Of a stretch of 59,718 bases of DNA, positions 1 through 8,019 are shown piece by piece; the stretch's first letter is position 1; each line of letters opens with the position of its first letter. Source of the DNA: a virus (Duplodnaviria; Caudoviricetes). The notes below the pieces were generated by a model that searched no databases, was not told the DNA's origin, and worked only from the letters and a program-made list of their open reading frames with translations. Made by a program: the position numbers and the translations under genes. The stretch is from positions 1-59,718 of IMG/VR virus record IMGVR_UViG_3300011115_000141; one strand, 5' to 3'.

Positions 1-415
1 GGTCTTGCACAACAGCATCAACTTGGTCGTCGTTGATGAGACGGAACTCCTTGCCAAAGATCTTGAATCTTGTGCCGGAGTAAGTACGTACTAACACGAA
101 GTCGCCCTCTTTACACCATGCTCCGTTAGGAAATTTGGCGGTGTCGTTGTACGCATCGGGGCCAACTTTCAAAACAAACAACACAGTGGTTGCTGTTTCT
201 TCTTGGCGCATGCTTTCAATGGGTCGGACTAAGTCCAAACTTGTACCATCCACTCGTTCAGAGATGTCGGGCACCGCGCAAAGAATCTTCCAACCCGTTG
301 GGATAGGAAGTTGCGTGGCCTTCTGCTCATCGTTAGCTTCAGTTTCAGGCGCATCCAAAGGTTGGATGGGTTCAGGCAGTGCAAAAGCACCGGGGGAGAG
401 ATCAATGTCACTCAT
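1..415 (-). CDS. groES: GroES/Cpn10-like co-chaperonin (3' end cut by window edge; not in ORF track)
   Basis: Manual translation from ATG at 415: MSDIDLSPG...LPIPTGWKILCAVP...VLKVGPDAY...WCKEGDFVLVRTYSGTRFKIFGKEFRLINDDQVDAVVQD. The P-x-G-x-x-I-L, V-x-x-VG, K-x-GD-x-V, YSGT and E-x-x-L-I-x-x-D-x-x-A pattern is typical of GroES. The start overlaps the stop of the upstream 64-aa gene. Confidence 0.85.
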   Translation of the reverse strand, partial: MSDIDLSPGAFALPEPIQPLDAPETEANDEQKATQLPIPTGWKILCAVPDISERVDGTSLDLVRPIESMRQEETATTVLFVLKVGPDAYNDTAKFPNGAWCKEGDFVLVRTYSGTRFKIFGKEFRLINDDQVDAVVQD

Positions 416-602
416 TGGATTCTTCAACTTTCTGTGCAAGGTCAAGTAGATAACGCTCTGCGAGGGCTAGACCCTGAATAATCCCGCAGAGTTTTTGGTA
501 CTCTTCAAAAGTACGGCACGAACCACCAGCCAAGTCGTCGGCATAGTTGTTCATGTCAGTGCGTATTTTTTCACGTAATACGCGTACGAAGTCTTGGATC
601 AT
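408..602 (-). CDS. Small conserved head-module protein
   Basis: 64-aa helical ORF coupled to the portal stop and the GroES start (EEYQKLCGIIQGL motif). Confidence 0.7.
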   Translation of the reverse strand: MIQDFVRVLREKIRTDMNNYADDLAGGSCRTFEEYQKLCGIIQGLALAERYLLDLAQKVEESNE

Positions 603-3094
603 TTTCTAGAACCTTGGTTCCTGCTATTTGGGAGCGCAGCAGTGCGCGCTTGTAAATCCATCTGGGCTTTACTCTTTGCGATGTCAGCACCTATTTGGAT
701 GCCAGCACGTTCTTGTTCAAACTGTTGCTTGAATTCGCTCTCTTTGATTTGCGCACCTGTGCGAAGAGCTTCCAACTCCAGTTTGCCGCTGACTTCTTGC
801 TCTTTCAAAGCCTGTGAGTCGGCCTTGGCAGCAGCGTCCATCATGATCTTTTGTTTCTTGAGTTCTAGCTCTTGGCCTTTGAGTTGAAGCTCCTGCATCT
901 GCAACTGCAACACGGGGTCTTGCATCTGTTGCTGTGCCTGCATCTGAGCGGCCTTGGCTTGGTTCTGCATCAACACCTGCTGTGCCGCTTGAGCCAGCAT
1001 GCCGGACAACGCAATCTCAATCTGCGGTGGCAACTTCTCGTCTTCGGGAGGCAGGGGCATACCCAACTGCTGTTCAATCTGCTGGCGCATCTGGTAACCA
1101 ACGTGCTCTGCAATGTGCGCTGTGATTGCGCCCATGATCTTGGGAGCCTGTGGGTTCTGGCCAATGAACTGCTGCATCATCGGGTCTTGCAAGAGCATCA
1201 TGTGTACCTGCATGTGCGCAGCGTGATCCTGATGCAAGAACGCCTTGAGGGGCGTACCTTTAAGTGCGTTCTGGTTCTCCTGCACTGGGTCAATCGGTTT
1301 CATGTCTTCTTCGATTGGCACGAGTTTCTCAGCGTTCTTAATACCCAACACGTTGAGCATTCCGCGGTGAAGTTCGGGCAAGTTATAGATGTCCGGAGCC
1401 ATCTGCGCCATCTGAATGACAGCTTGGTACTGGATAACGCGCTGAGACATGGTCGCAGCGTTGGGGTCTGACACGGGGATAACGTCCACCAAGTCATAGT
1501 CGGCTTTCTTAGCTTTGCGAGTGCCGTACTCGGGTGTGTATGTGTAATCTGGGTCAGTGTAGTCGCGGATGATGTTCTTCAAGAGTTTGAACTCTTGCTT
1601 CAAGGCAAAGTGCACACGAGCCTGAACAGCCGTCATTACCTTGAGTTGACGCTCCAACAGTGCAAGCGTAGTTCCCACAGGAGCCTGCGCAGACATATCA
1701 GACACCTTCATATCAGCAGTCGCGGCAAAACGACGGCCTTCGTCCACGATGGTCTGCATCAAGTTAAACAGCGTAGCGCTTGGCTCCTTGTATGGCAGCG
1801 GCAAGATGTTGTCGCGGATCGTGCCAGAGCCTACATCTACATCACGGAACTCTCCGGGTGCAATCGGCGTGTCGTCACCTTTGATTCGCAGGCCCCGTGT
1901 CTTGAGTCCACCGGGCAAGTTGCTGAGTGTTCCTGCATCGACAAGCTGGCGCATGAGTGATGTAGCGGATTTAGCAAAGCCTCCGATAAGATGGAAAAGC
2001 CCGAAGCCATAAGCTCCAAAACCCGGAATATATTGGTAGTGCACAAAGTGCTGGCGCTTGAGTCTGAGATCATCGTCTTCGTTCCAGTTGCGGCGGATTG
2101 ACAGGATGTCGTTAGAGCCTTTAATCAACGTGACAACGTACGGCAACATGATGCCGGTCTCTTCGCCAGAGTCGTCTTTGTCTTCGTAACCTTCAAGGTT
2201 CAAATCAACGTGGCACTCATACAGGGTGTAGCGATCGTCATTCAAATCACTGAAGCCCGTCTCTTTGTCCTTGGCTTTTTGAATGTCTGTCAAGTCTCTG
2301 GGTGCGTCAGGCAAGTCAACATCAAGGTAGAAGCCCGCTTGCTGGAGCTTAATGATCTCGTTCTTGGTCTTGCGCATGACGTGCGTGATGCGGTAGCAAG
2401 TATCTAAGTCCGTTGTCCCGTACGGCAGATACATGTCTTCCGCAGGAATGAACATGGAAACTTGACGTCCCAAATTGGGATCGTAGTACACCTTCTTGAA
2501 CGCTGAGCCTGTGGCCGGCAGTGACCAGAGCATGCGCTCGTGTTCAGCGCGGTACTCCGTCATGACTTCCGTTAACTCGTAATTCATGTCGTCTTCAACG
2601 TTGGCCGCAACTTCTTTCATCTCTGGCGTCTCTTTGCCAATCAGTTTGCTGCGCACAGGCCCTTGAGCTGGGAACGTCTCCGTAATTGTCTCTGCTTGGA
2701 AGCGCACAACAGCTTCTGTAATCATGGGGTGGAACACACCGCATGCGCCGTTCCAAGGTTCTGTGCGTTCTTCTATCTGCAAGCCAAGTAGTTTCAACCC
2801 ATCAACGTACGTCTTCTCCCAATCCTTGCGGCCATTCTTGTCGTTGTCAATGTCAGACACCAAGTCACCAGCCAGCGACTGCAAAGCGCCGTCTTTTATG
2901 TACTCAGCCAAGTTGTCACTGAAGCCTTCTTCGCCGTCATCTTCTCCGGGCGTGATGGTGATCTCTACCCCGTCCATGCCAATGGTGACTTCTTCGGGAT
3001 CAACGATCTCGATCTCCAAGGGGGATTCTTGCTCACCCAGCGCGTCGATGCCCATTGGTTGTTGGTACAGCGCTTTGTCGATGTTCGTTGCCAT
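599..3094 (-). CDS. Portal protein (P22-like, Q-rich C-terminal barrel)
   Basis: 831 aa directly after terL; motifs HPMITEAVVRFQA, GSAFKKVYYD, GFGAYGFGL; Gln-rich coiled C-terminus; RBS AGGA. Confidence 0.9.
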   Translation of the reverse strand: MATNIDKALYQQPMGIDALGEQESPLEIEIVDPEEVTIGMDGVEITITPGEDDGEEGFSDNLAEYIKDGALQSLAGDLVSDIDNDKNGRKDWEKTYVDGLKLLGLQIEERTEPWNGACGVFHPMITEAVVRFQAETITETFPAQGPVRSKLIGKETPEMKEVAANVEDDMNYELTEVMTEYRAEHERMLWSLPATGSAFKKVYYDPNLGRQVSMFIPAEDMYLPYGTTDLDTCYRITHVMRKTKNEIIKLQQAGFYLDVDLPDAPRDLTDIQKAKDKETGFSDLNDDRYTLYECHVDLNLEGYEDKDDSGEETGIMLPYVVTLIKGSNDILSIRRNWNEDDDLRLKRQHFVHYQYIPGFGAYGFGLFHLIGGFAKSATSLMRQLVDAGTLSNLPGGLKTRGLRIKGDDTPIAPGEFRDVDVGSGTIRDNILPLPYKEPSATLFNLMQTIVDEGRRFAATADMKVSDMSAQAPVGTTLALLERQLKVMTAVQARVHFALKQEFKLLKNIIRDYTDPDYTYTPEYGTRKAKKADYDLVDVIPVSDPNAATMSQRVIQYQAVIQMAQMAPDIYNLPELHRGMLNVLGIKNAEKLVPIEEDMKPIDPVQENQNALKGTPLKAFLHQDHAAHMQVHMMLLQDPMMQQFIGQNPQAPKIMGAITAHIAEHVGYQMRQQIEQQLGMPLPPEDEKLPPQIEIALSGMLAQAAQQVLMQNQAKAAQMQAQQQMQDPVLQLQMQELQLKGQELELKKQKIMMDAAAKADSQALKEQEVSGKLELEALRTGAQIKESEFKQQFEQERAGIQIGADIAKSKAQMDLQARTAALPNSRNQGSRK

Positions 3095-3102
3095 GTGTGT
3101 TC

Positions 3103-4644
3103 CTAGTAGTATTCGTATTTCCGGCTGCGAAAGAGAGCAAGGTCATCTTTCTCGTCCGTGTCTAAACTGATAAAGCCGCCTTGCCTAAAGCGTAGCAGCG
3201 CCTGTGTTGTCGTGTCCACGTAGTCATCGTGCTCCCCAACTGGGAACGCGGCCATCTCTTCAATCACTTCGCGTGCCCAGCGTGTGTCGGGTGCCCAGAC
3301 TTTACCCGAACTGAACAAATCTGCAACCGCGTTGACACGCACCATCTTGTCGTTGCCCCTTGATGGGCTGAACTCCTGCACAGGTATGCCCAACGCCCTG
3401 AGTTCTTGGATCAGCGGCGCACCAGCGGCCTTCTTCTCCACAATGAACGCATCAGGTTCCCACTCTTTGTAGTTTTTAAGCGCCACCACCTTAAGTTCAG
3501 GGAAAGCCATACGATCTTTAAACGCATCCAGTAGGATAAGCTGGGGGGAGTCATTTTCTTCCTCGTTGTAGAAGATGCCCCACGTTGTACACGCAGAGTA
3601 GTCGGAGTTGTTCTTGGTCTCAAACGCCGTGTCCCATGACTGGATGATGTATTCACACGTTGGCGGGTCTTCGGGCTCCCAGATACGCCACATTCTGCGG
3701 CTGACAATGGCGGAGTTCTCGGATGTGGGCTGCTGCATGTACTGCGCGTTCCAATACCGTGGGTCAATGCTAGCCTTTGTAGATTTCAACGCCTCAAGCG
3801 ACCACTGCTCTGGCCACAAGGACTTCTCGTCGTCCTCGTCCTCGTTCAAAATGGCCGGCAACTCCACAATCTCCCATGGAACAGCTTCTGGGTTCTTGGT
3901 TTGGTAGTCAATCAGGCGCCCAGTCAGGTCTAACAGCGACCAACGGGTCATCACAATGATAATCCCACCACCCGGCATCAAACGTTGCAGCGGGCCAGTC
4001 TGGAACCACGACCAAGCCGTGTCAAACGCGAGTCTACTATTAGACTTTACGTCCTGCTCCGAGTGAGGATCGTCAATAACGAACAGATCAGCACCACGAC
4101 CAGCAAGAGCGCCCCCGACACCAGCAGCATAGTACTGACCGCCAGCGCTTGTAGACCACTTACCGGCAGCTTTTTGGTCGTCTGCCACCATAGTGTTGGG
4201 GAAAACTTCTCTGTATTCATCAGAATCAATCAAGTTACGTATGCGCCGCCCGAAATCTTCAGACAAACCTGCCGTGTGCGTGCCCATGATGATCTTTTTC
4301 TCAGGGTACTTGCCTAAAAAGTATGCAGGAAACAGGTAAGACGAGAACTCAGACTTACCCATACGCGGCGCAATGTTGATAATCACGCGCTTTTTGCGTC
4401 CCTCGACCACATCTGTGAAGATCTTAGCCAGCTTCTTGTGGTGGGGGCCAATCTTAAAGCCCGGGTATACCGTTTGGGCAAAGCCCAGCATGTTGGTGCT
4501 GGCCGCTTTTAGGCTGGCTCGTTTCTCCCGAAGCTCTAAGTCTTCAAAAAGTTCCATCTTTTCCTGCGCGGACATGTGCGGCAAAGCTTTTTGCATGGCC
4601 TCAAGCTCAATCTTACTCAGTGTTGTAAAAGCGTCACGCTTCAT
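3103..4644 (-). CDS. terL: Terminase large subunit
   Basis: Walker A-like APRMGKS, GRGADLFVIDDP (Walker B), IVMTRW, nuclease motifs QSWDTA, IVEKKA and FPVGEHDDYVD. Likely start is ATG 4644, overlapping the terS stop. Confidence 0.95.
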   Translation of the reverse strand: MKRDAFTTLSKIELEAMQKALPHMSAQEKMELFEDLELREKRASLKAASTNMLGFAQTVYPGFKIGPHHKKLAKIFTDVVEGRKKRVIINIAPRMGKSEFSSYLFPAYFLGKYPEKKIIMGTHTAGLSEDFGRRIRNLIDSDEYREVFPNTMVADDQKAAGKWSTSAGGQYYAAGVGGALAGRGADLFVIDDPHSEQDVKSNSRLAFDTAWSWFQTGPLQRLMPGGGIIIVMTRWSLLDLTGRLIDYQTKNPEAVPWEIVELPAILNEDEDDEKSLWPEQWSLEALKSTKASIDPRYWNAQYMQQPTSENSAIVSRRMWRIWEPEDPPTCEYIIQSWDTAFETKNNSDYSACTTWGIFYNEEENDSPQLILLDAFKDRMAFPELKVVALKNYKEWEPDAFIVEKKAAGAPLIQELRALGIPVQEFSPSRGNDKMVRVNAVADLFSSGKVWAPDTRWAREVIEEMAAFPVGEHDDYVDTTTQALLRFRQGGFISLDTDEKDDLALFRSRKYEYY

Positions 4645-5209
4645 CTGTCGTGTCTTCCGTAACGTCAATCACATCTATCACACCCATGAACCTGTTGAGC
4701 TTTTCTTTGATCCGCGCCTCTAGCTCAGAGTCAGACATCTCGGTCTTCTTGACCTCAATTTTTTCTGTAAACAACCCAACTTCCGTCACTTTACCAAGCG
4801 CTACCAGTGCTTTAAGGCGCACATTGGCGTTGGGGTGTTCGGTTTCTTCCACCAGCTTGGCCACTGTGTAGCCACGGATTTGTTTAGCTTGCTGTACAAA
4901 TTCCCAGTCGTAGGCAGATAACATACCAACTAGTTTTTGAACAGCTTCTGGCGTTTTGATATTTGCCAGAGAGGTATGCGTCATTTCCGCAGGTTTGGCG
5001 GTGACGATGTTTGTGAAAGCAGTACGCGCTGCTTGGCTTTGGGACTCATTGACCAAAGTATCTGTGTCTACAGCGCCTAGCTCTTTGAGCCAGTCAACCG
5101 TTTTAACCATGCCGTCTACGGCGTCCGCAGGATCGGTCTTATCCATGGGGACGAAATTACCCGGGTGAGTGCTCACCTCGGGTTCGAAATTGATTAAGTG
5201 ATCTAACAT
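4634..5209 (-). CDS. Putative terminase small subunit
   Basis: Immediately upstream of and coupled to terL; helical; RLKALVALGK...GLFTEKIEV motif is typical of phage terS C-termini. Likely start is ATG 5209 (MLDHLINF). Confidence 0.65.
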   Translation of the reverse strand: MLDHLINFEPEVSTHPGNFVPMDKTDPADAVDGMVKTVDWLKELGAVDTDTLVNESQSQAARTAFTNIVTAKPAEMTHTSLANIKTPEAVQKLVGMLSAYDWEFVQQAKQIRGYTVAKLVEETEHPNANVRLKALVALGKVTEVGLFTEKIEVKKTEMSDSELEARIKEKLNRFMGVIDVIDVTEDTTDEA

Positions 5210-5223
5210 CTGCGCATAAGCCC

Positions 5224-5252
5224 TTGAACCTGCGATGTAGATAATGTACACT
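5224..5252 (+). promoter_or_regulatory. sigma70-like promoter for the candidate sRNA
   Basis: TTGAAC (5224-5229), 17-bp spacer, TACACT (5247-5252). Confidence 0.6.
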
Positions 5253-5256
5253 CAAA

Positions 5257-5358
5257 TCGAGTGGGTGCGCAACAGTGTTGCGTATTTGCTTTCTCCTCGA
5301 TGGTTAAGTTGCCATCTTTATCCCCCGAAGCGTCTGCAGATGCCCGGGGGATTTTTTT
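5257..5358 (+). ncRNA. Candidate trans-acting antisense sRNA with an anti-RBS seed
   Basis: Lies between a promoter and an intrinsic terminator with no ORF. Hairpins TGCGCAAC/GTTGCGTA and GATGGT/GCCATC flank ATTTGCTTTCTCCT (5284-5297), the reverse complement of the AGGAGAAAGYAAAT start regions of many plus-strand genes. Confidence 0.6.
5320..5358 (+). terminator. Rho-independent terminator
   Basis: ATCCCCCG...CGGGGGAT stem with an inner GCGTCT/AGATGC stem, followed by a T7 tract. Confidence 0.8.
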
Positions 5359-5367
5359 ATTTGGTGT

Positions 5368-5383
5368 TGTCAAACGTTAGACA
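5368..5383. promoter_or_regulatory. Operator-like palindrome type B, copy 1 (TGTCAAACGTTAGACA)
   Basis: Near-perfect inverted repeat; related copies at 13130-13145 and 24291-24306. Confidence 0.6.
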
Positions 5384-5500
5384 TTGGTATTTCTGAATTT
5401 TTATAAAATTTATGGGGGGTGCCTTTTTAGTACTAAGTAATTACAAAGTTATTTTGAAGTTTGGTTTGCGGTTATGGAACAGTGTTCGTATGTGACGGCA

Positions 5501-5634
5501 GGGGGCATTGCCAATATAGGGTGGTGGGGGTATGGTGGGGGTCAAAAACCGCCAAAAACACGCCAAAACAGGGTCACATTGACCCGAAAACGCCCCGAAT
5601 ACACCCCGAAAAAGGCTCTCGATGCCTATCAAAA
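5501..5634. other. Putative genome terminus/packaging region: G-tract cluster followed by phased A-tracts
   Basis: Non-coding divergence point between terS and the early genes. G-runs at 5501, 5519, 5526 and 5537; A-tracts starting at 5544, 5554, 5565, 5587, 5598, 5609 and 5631. Confidence 0.4.
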
Positions 5635-5710
5635 CAGGGTGTATGCACAATAGAAGTTGTCTAAGGTAGTCAGCCCTAGGCAATTCAATCAACCTCAAGG
5701 AGAAAACAAC

Positions 5711-6088
5711 ATGACAAACAAAACTCAAGCATTTAAAACACTCGATACATTCGCTGACTCACGGGTCACGCTTATCACGGGTATGCAAAAGGCAGGTTAC
5801 GCGACAGTCGAAGCGTGCAGACCCATTGTGATCGAATGGGCTTGCAAGAAGACTGGCGCGGAGTATCGCGAAACCAAGGCGGGCAAGGTCGTTTTAGTCT
5901 CAGATCACCCGAAGTACGAGGGCGCGAAAACCACAGTGCGCGACATCATGCTGATGATCGAGGGAACAACGCGCAGGGCATCGAGCGCAAAGAAAGAACC
6001 GCTTGACCCTGTTGCGAAAATCATCGAAGCCTTTGGCAAGTTGACCCCTGCACAGCAACGCAAAGCCTTGGCGGTTCTCGTTGCGTGA
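5711..6088 (+). CDS. First early gene, hypothetical protein
   Basis: RBS AAGGAG followed by ATG 5711 (MTNKTQAF...). Confidence 0.75.
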   Translation: MTNKTQAFKTLDTFADSRVTLITGMQKAGYATVEACRPIVIEWACKKTGAEYRETKAGKVVLVSDHPKYEGAKTTVRDIMLMIEGTTRRASSAKKEPLDPVAKIIEAFGKLTPAQQRKALAVLVA

Positions 6089-6124
6089 TTTTCGGGTCAC
6101 TGTGACCCAGTTTTTTCTGCGAAC

Positions 6125-6160
6125 CCGAGAGAAAGAGCTTCTCTCGGTGTTTCGTTTCTT
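6125..6160 (+). terminator. Hairpin/possible terminator after the first early gene
   Basis: CCGAGAGAA/TTCTCTCGG 9-bp stem (6125-6147) followed by T-rich TGTTTCGTTTCTT. Confidence 0.45.
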
Positions 6161-6190
6161 GTCTAACCTTTTTAATCCACGGAGAACCCC

Positions 6191-6331
6191 ATGACACAAA
6201 ACCAATTTAATGCACTTTGCAATGAACACGGCATAGCCCCAAGCATTGCGCTTGAGAACGAGGAACTCATTGAAGCCTTACGCGAGCGCAACGATGAGCA
6301 AGTCGTTGAAATACTTACGAACAACTTTTAA
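6191..6331 (+). CDS. Small hypothetical protein (46 aa, not in ORF track)
   Basis: GGAGA RBS; MTQNQFNALCNEHGIAPSIALENEELIEALRERNDEQVVEILTNNF. Confidence 0.6.
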   Translation: MTQNQFNALCNEHGIAPSIALENEELIEALRERNDEQVVEILTNNF

Positions 6332-6347
6332 CCCCAAGGAGAACACC

Positions 6348-6539
6348 ATGAGCAAATTCAAACACTACTCACCCAAAGAACTCGCACTCGCAAAGTGGAA
6401 CAACGAGCAACGCCCCAAGTACATGGAGAAGATCGAGCGTGATGTGAAGCGTGGCGTCATGCTCAGACGCGTGGAAGACATGGAAGCACGCGCCGAAATA
6501 CGGGTCACAATGACCCGATTGTCGTCCAAAGCCGTTTAA
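6348..6539 (+). CDS. Small hypothetical protein
   Basis: AAGGAG RBS before ATG 6348 (MSKFKHYSPK...). Confidence 0.6.
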   Translation: MSKFKHYSPKELALAKWNNEQRPKYMEKIERDVKRGVMLRRVEDMEARAEIRVTMTRLSSKAV

Positions 6540-6857
6540 TCTACAATTTACCTACCTATCCATGATTAAACAGTTATCCAAACTCAGAGTACAGCGCAAC
6601 CCCGCGCCATTGCTTGCGTCTGCAAAAACTGTACTCTATATCTATCTTTTTAAATATATTTATATATATAGGAGTGTTTGTATATGTGTGCATATTTTCG
6701 TAAACCCGACAACCCCTGCTCTCAGGCTTTATCTTTAGTTCTTTTCAAAAAGGATAGATACCGAGGACAGTCACCCCCTTTCTGCCTTGCACACCGCGTG
6801 GATATTGGTTATCATCTATCCATCCATTTCGGATACTCGTTTAATCTAGGACAGATC
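6540..6857. other. AT-rich non-coding region, possible replication origin
   Basis: About 300 bp with no RBS-led ORF; AT core CTATATCTATCTTTTTAAATATATTTATATATATAG near 6636-6671; recurring TATCC/GGATA words. Confidence 0.3.
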
Positions 6858-7697
6858 ATGGAAAATACAGATTTAATCTCGACACATCTTGACCTCAAGC
6901 TCATGCGTAACCCTTTGAGCGAGGCACAACAACTCAAGCTGACCCCCAAGCAACTGCAAAACTACCTTGTAAAAACGATTGCGAATCCCGCCATTCGAAC
7001 CGAGCGCAGGGATTACTTACTCAAAAAGAAAACCGAAATGAAGTCGAGCAAGCTACGCAACAAACAGTTCGATGCGTTATGGCGTGACCTGTTGCGTGAC
7101 CTGAAGTATGAGTTGGCCAACGCCATGGTAGGACGCAGATACAAAAGCACCAACCCAACACCCGAACGTGACCAAGCGTTCGACAGATACATCGAGGTGC
7201 TGCAACGCCTTGAGCACAAGATTAAAACTAATTACATGACGACTTATGTGAACGATGACGGCGAGGTCGTTGAGCCTGAGCGTGGCCAACGCATGACCCC
7301 ATCACAGTTCTCGGCATGGGTGCAACGCAGAAACCCCAAGGCCATACCCAACAACGGATCGCATTGGACTGACTGGGTGCCACGAACTCAGCGTCAAGAG
7401 GTGAGCGAATTGTTTGAGCTTATCCCTACGATGCCGCGTATGAAACGCAAGCTACCTTTTCAACGCCTGAGCAGACCGCCTCAAGAGAGCAAGGCAAGGG
7501 CATCCAAGATCGAGAGATTAAAACTACGCACAGAGAACGAGCTTGTCAATGCAGAGCAGGCTCATGAGATGAACCCAACAGACAAGCACTTACAGACAGT
7601 GCGAAAGATTAAGCAAGCCCTGCGGTGGATAGACGAGTTGAAACCCAACGACTTCGTTCCACCGACATGGCACGGGATGTATCCCGAAACAGAATAA
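6858..7697 (+). CDS. Hypothetical basic protein
   Basis: AGGA RBS before ATG 6858 (MENTDLIS...); long open frame rich in K and R. Confidence 0.7.
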   Translation: MENTDLISTHLDLKLMRNPLSEAQQLKLTPKQLQNYLVKTIANPAIRTERRDYLLKKKTEMKSSKLRNKQFDALWRDLLRDLKYELANAMVGRRYKSTNPTPERDQAFDRYIEVLQRLEHKIKTNYMTTYVNDDGEVVEPERGQRMTPSQFSAWVQRRNPKAIPNNGSHWTDWVPRTQRQEVSELFELIPTMPRMKRKLPFQRLSRPPQESKARASKIERLKLRTENELVNAEQAHEMNPTDKHLQTVRKIKQALRWIDELKPNDFVPPTWHGMYPETE

Positions 7698-7716
7698 GGG
7701 TCACAGTGACCCGAAA

Positions 7717-7769
7717 GTGTGACTGCTTCGCCGTGTGGCAGTCGCACCCTACCTTGAAACTCACACGGC
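7717..7769 (+). ncRNA. H-type pseudoknot in the 5' leader of the 7794 gene
   Basis: Stem1 7717-7726/7738-7747 (10 bp, one G-U); loop GCCGTGTG 7730-7737 pairs perfectly with CACACGGC 7762-7769. Confidence 0.6.
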
Positions 7770-7793
7770 ACTTGCAACTAAGGAGATAAGTAA

Positions 7794-7982
7794 ATGAAAA
7801 CAAAGACAGCAAAGATTGCGAACCTGCTATTCACTGCCGCTTGCTTGGCGATGGTGTACATGGGGTTCATCATGATGGACGAGTTCGGTATCGGATACCT
7901 GTGGTTAGGAATGTACACCTGCGGGGCGTACGGCTTGGCGTATCAGGTGTTCGACTATTTTGTAAGTGAAGCAACCAACTAA
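7794..7982 (+). CDS. Small membrane protein (2 predicted TM segments)
   Basis: AAGGAG RBS; two hydrophobic stretches. Confidence 0.65.
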   Translation: MKTKTAKIANLLFTAACLAMVYMGFIMMDEFGIGYLWLGMYTCGAYGLAYQVFDYFVSEATN

Positions 7983-8019
7983 CGGGTCACAGTGACCCGA
8001 ATTTATAAAGGAGAAAGCA

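Noticed and set aside
5284-5298. Minus-strand RBS (GAGGAGAAAGCAAAT) for a small gene or terS
   Set aside because: No start codon lies at a usable distance, and the terS ATG is ~75 nt away; the motif is interpreted instead as a plus-strand antisense seed.
5345-5373. Minus-strand late promoter from a perfect TTGACA at 5373-5368
   Set aside because: The position 17 bp downstream reads CCCCCG, so there is no -10 element; the hexamer is better explained as half of operator B.
6678-6857. N-terminal extension of the 339-aa ORF
   Set aside because: It has a TTG start in an AT-rich repeat region and atypical composition; ATG 6858 with an AGGA RBS is more plausible.
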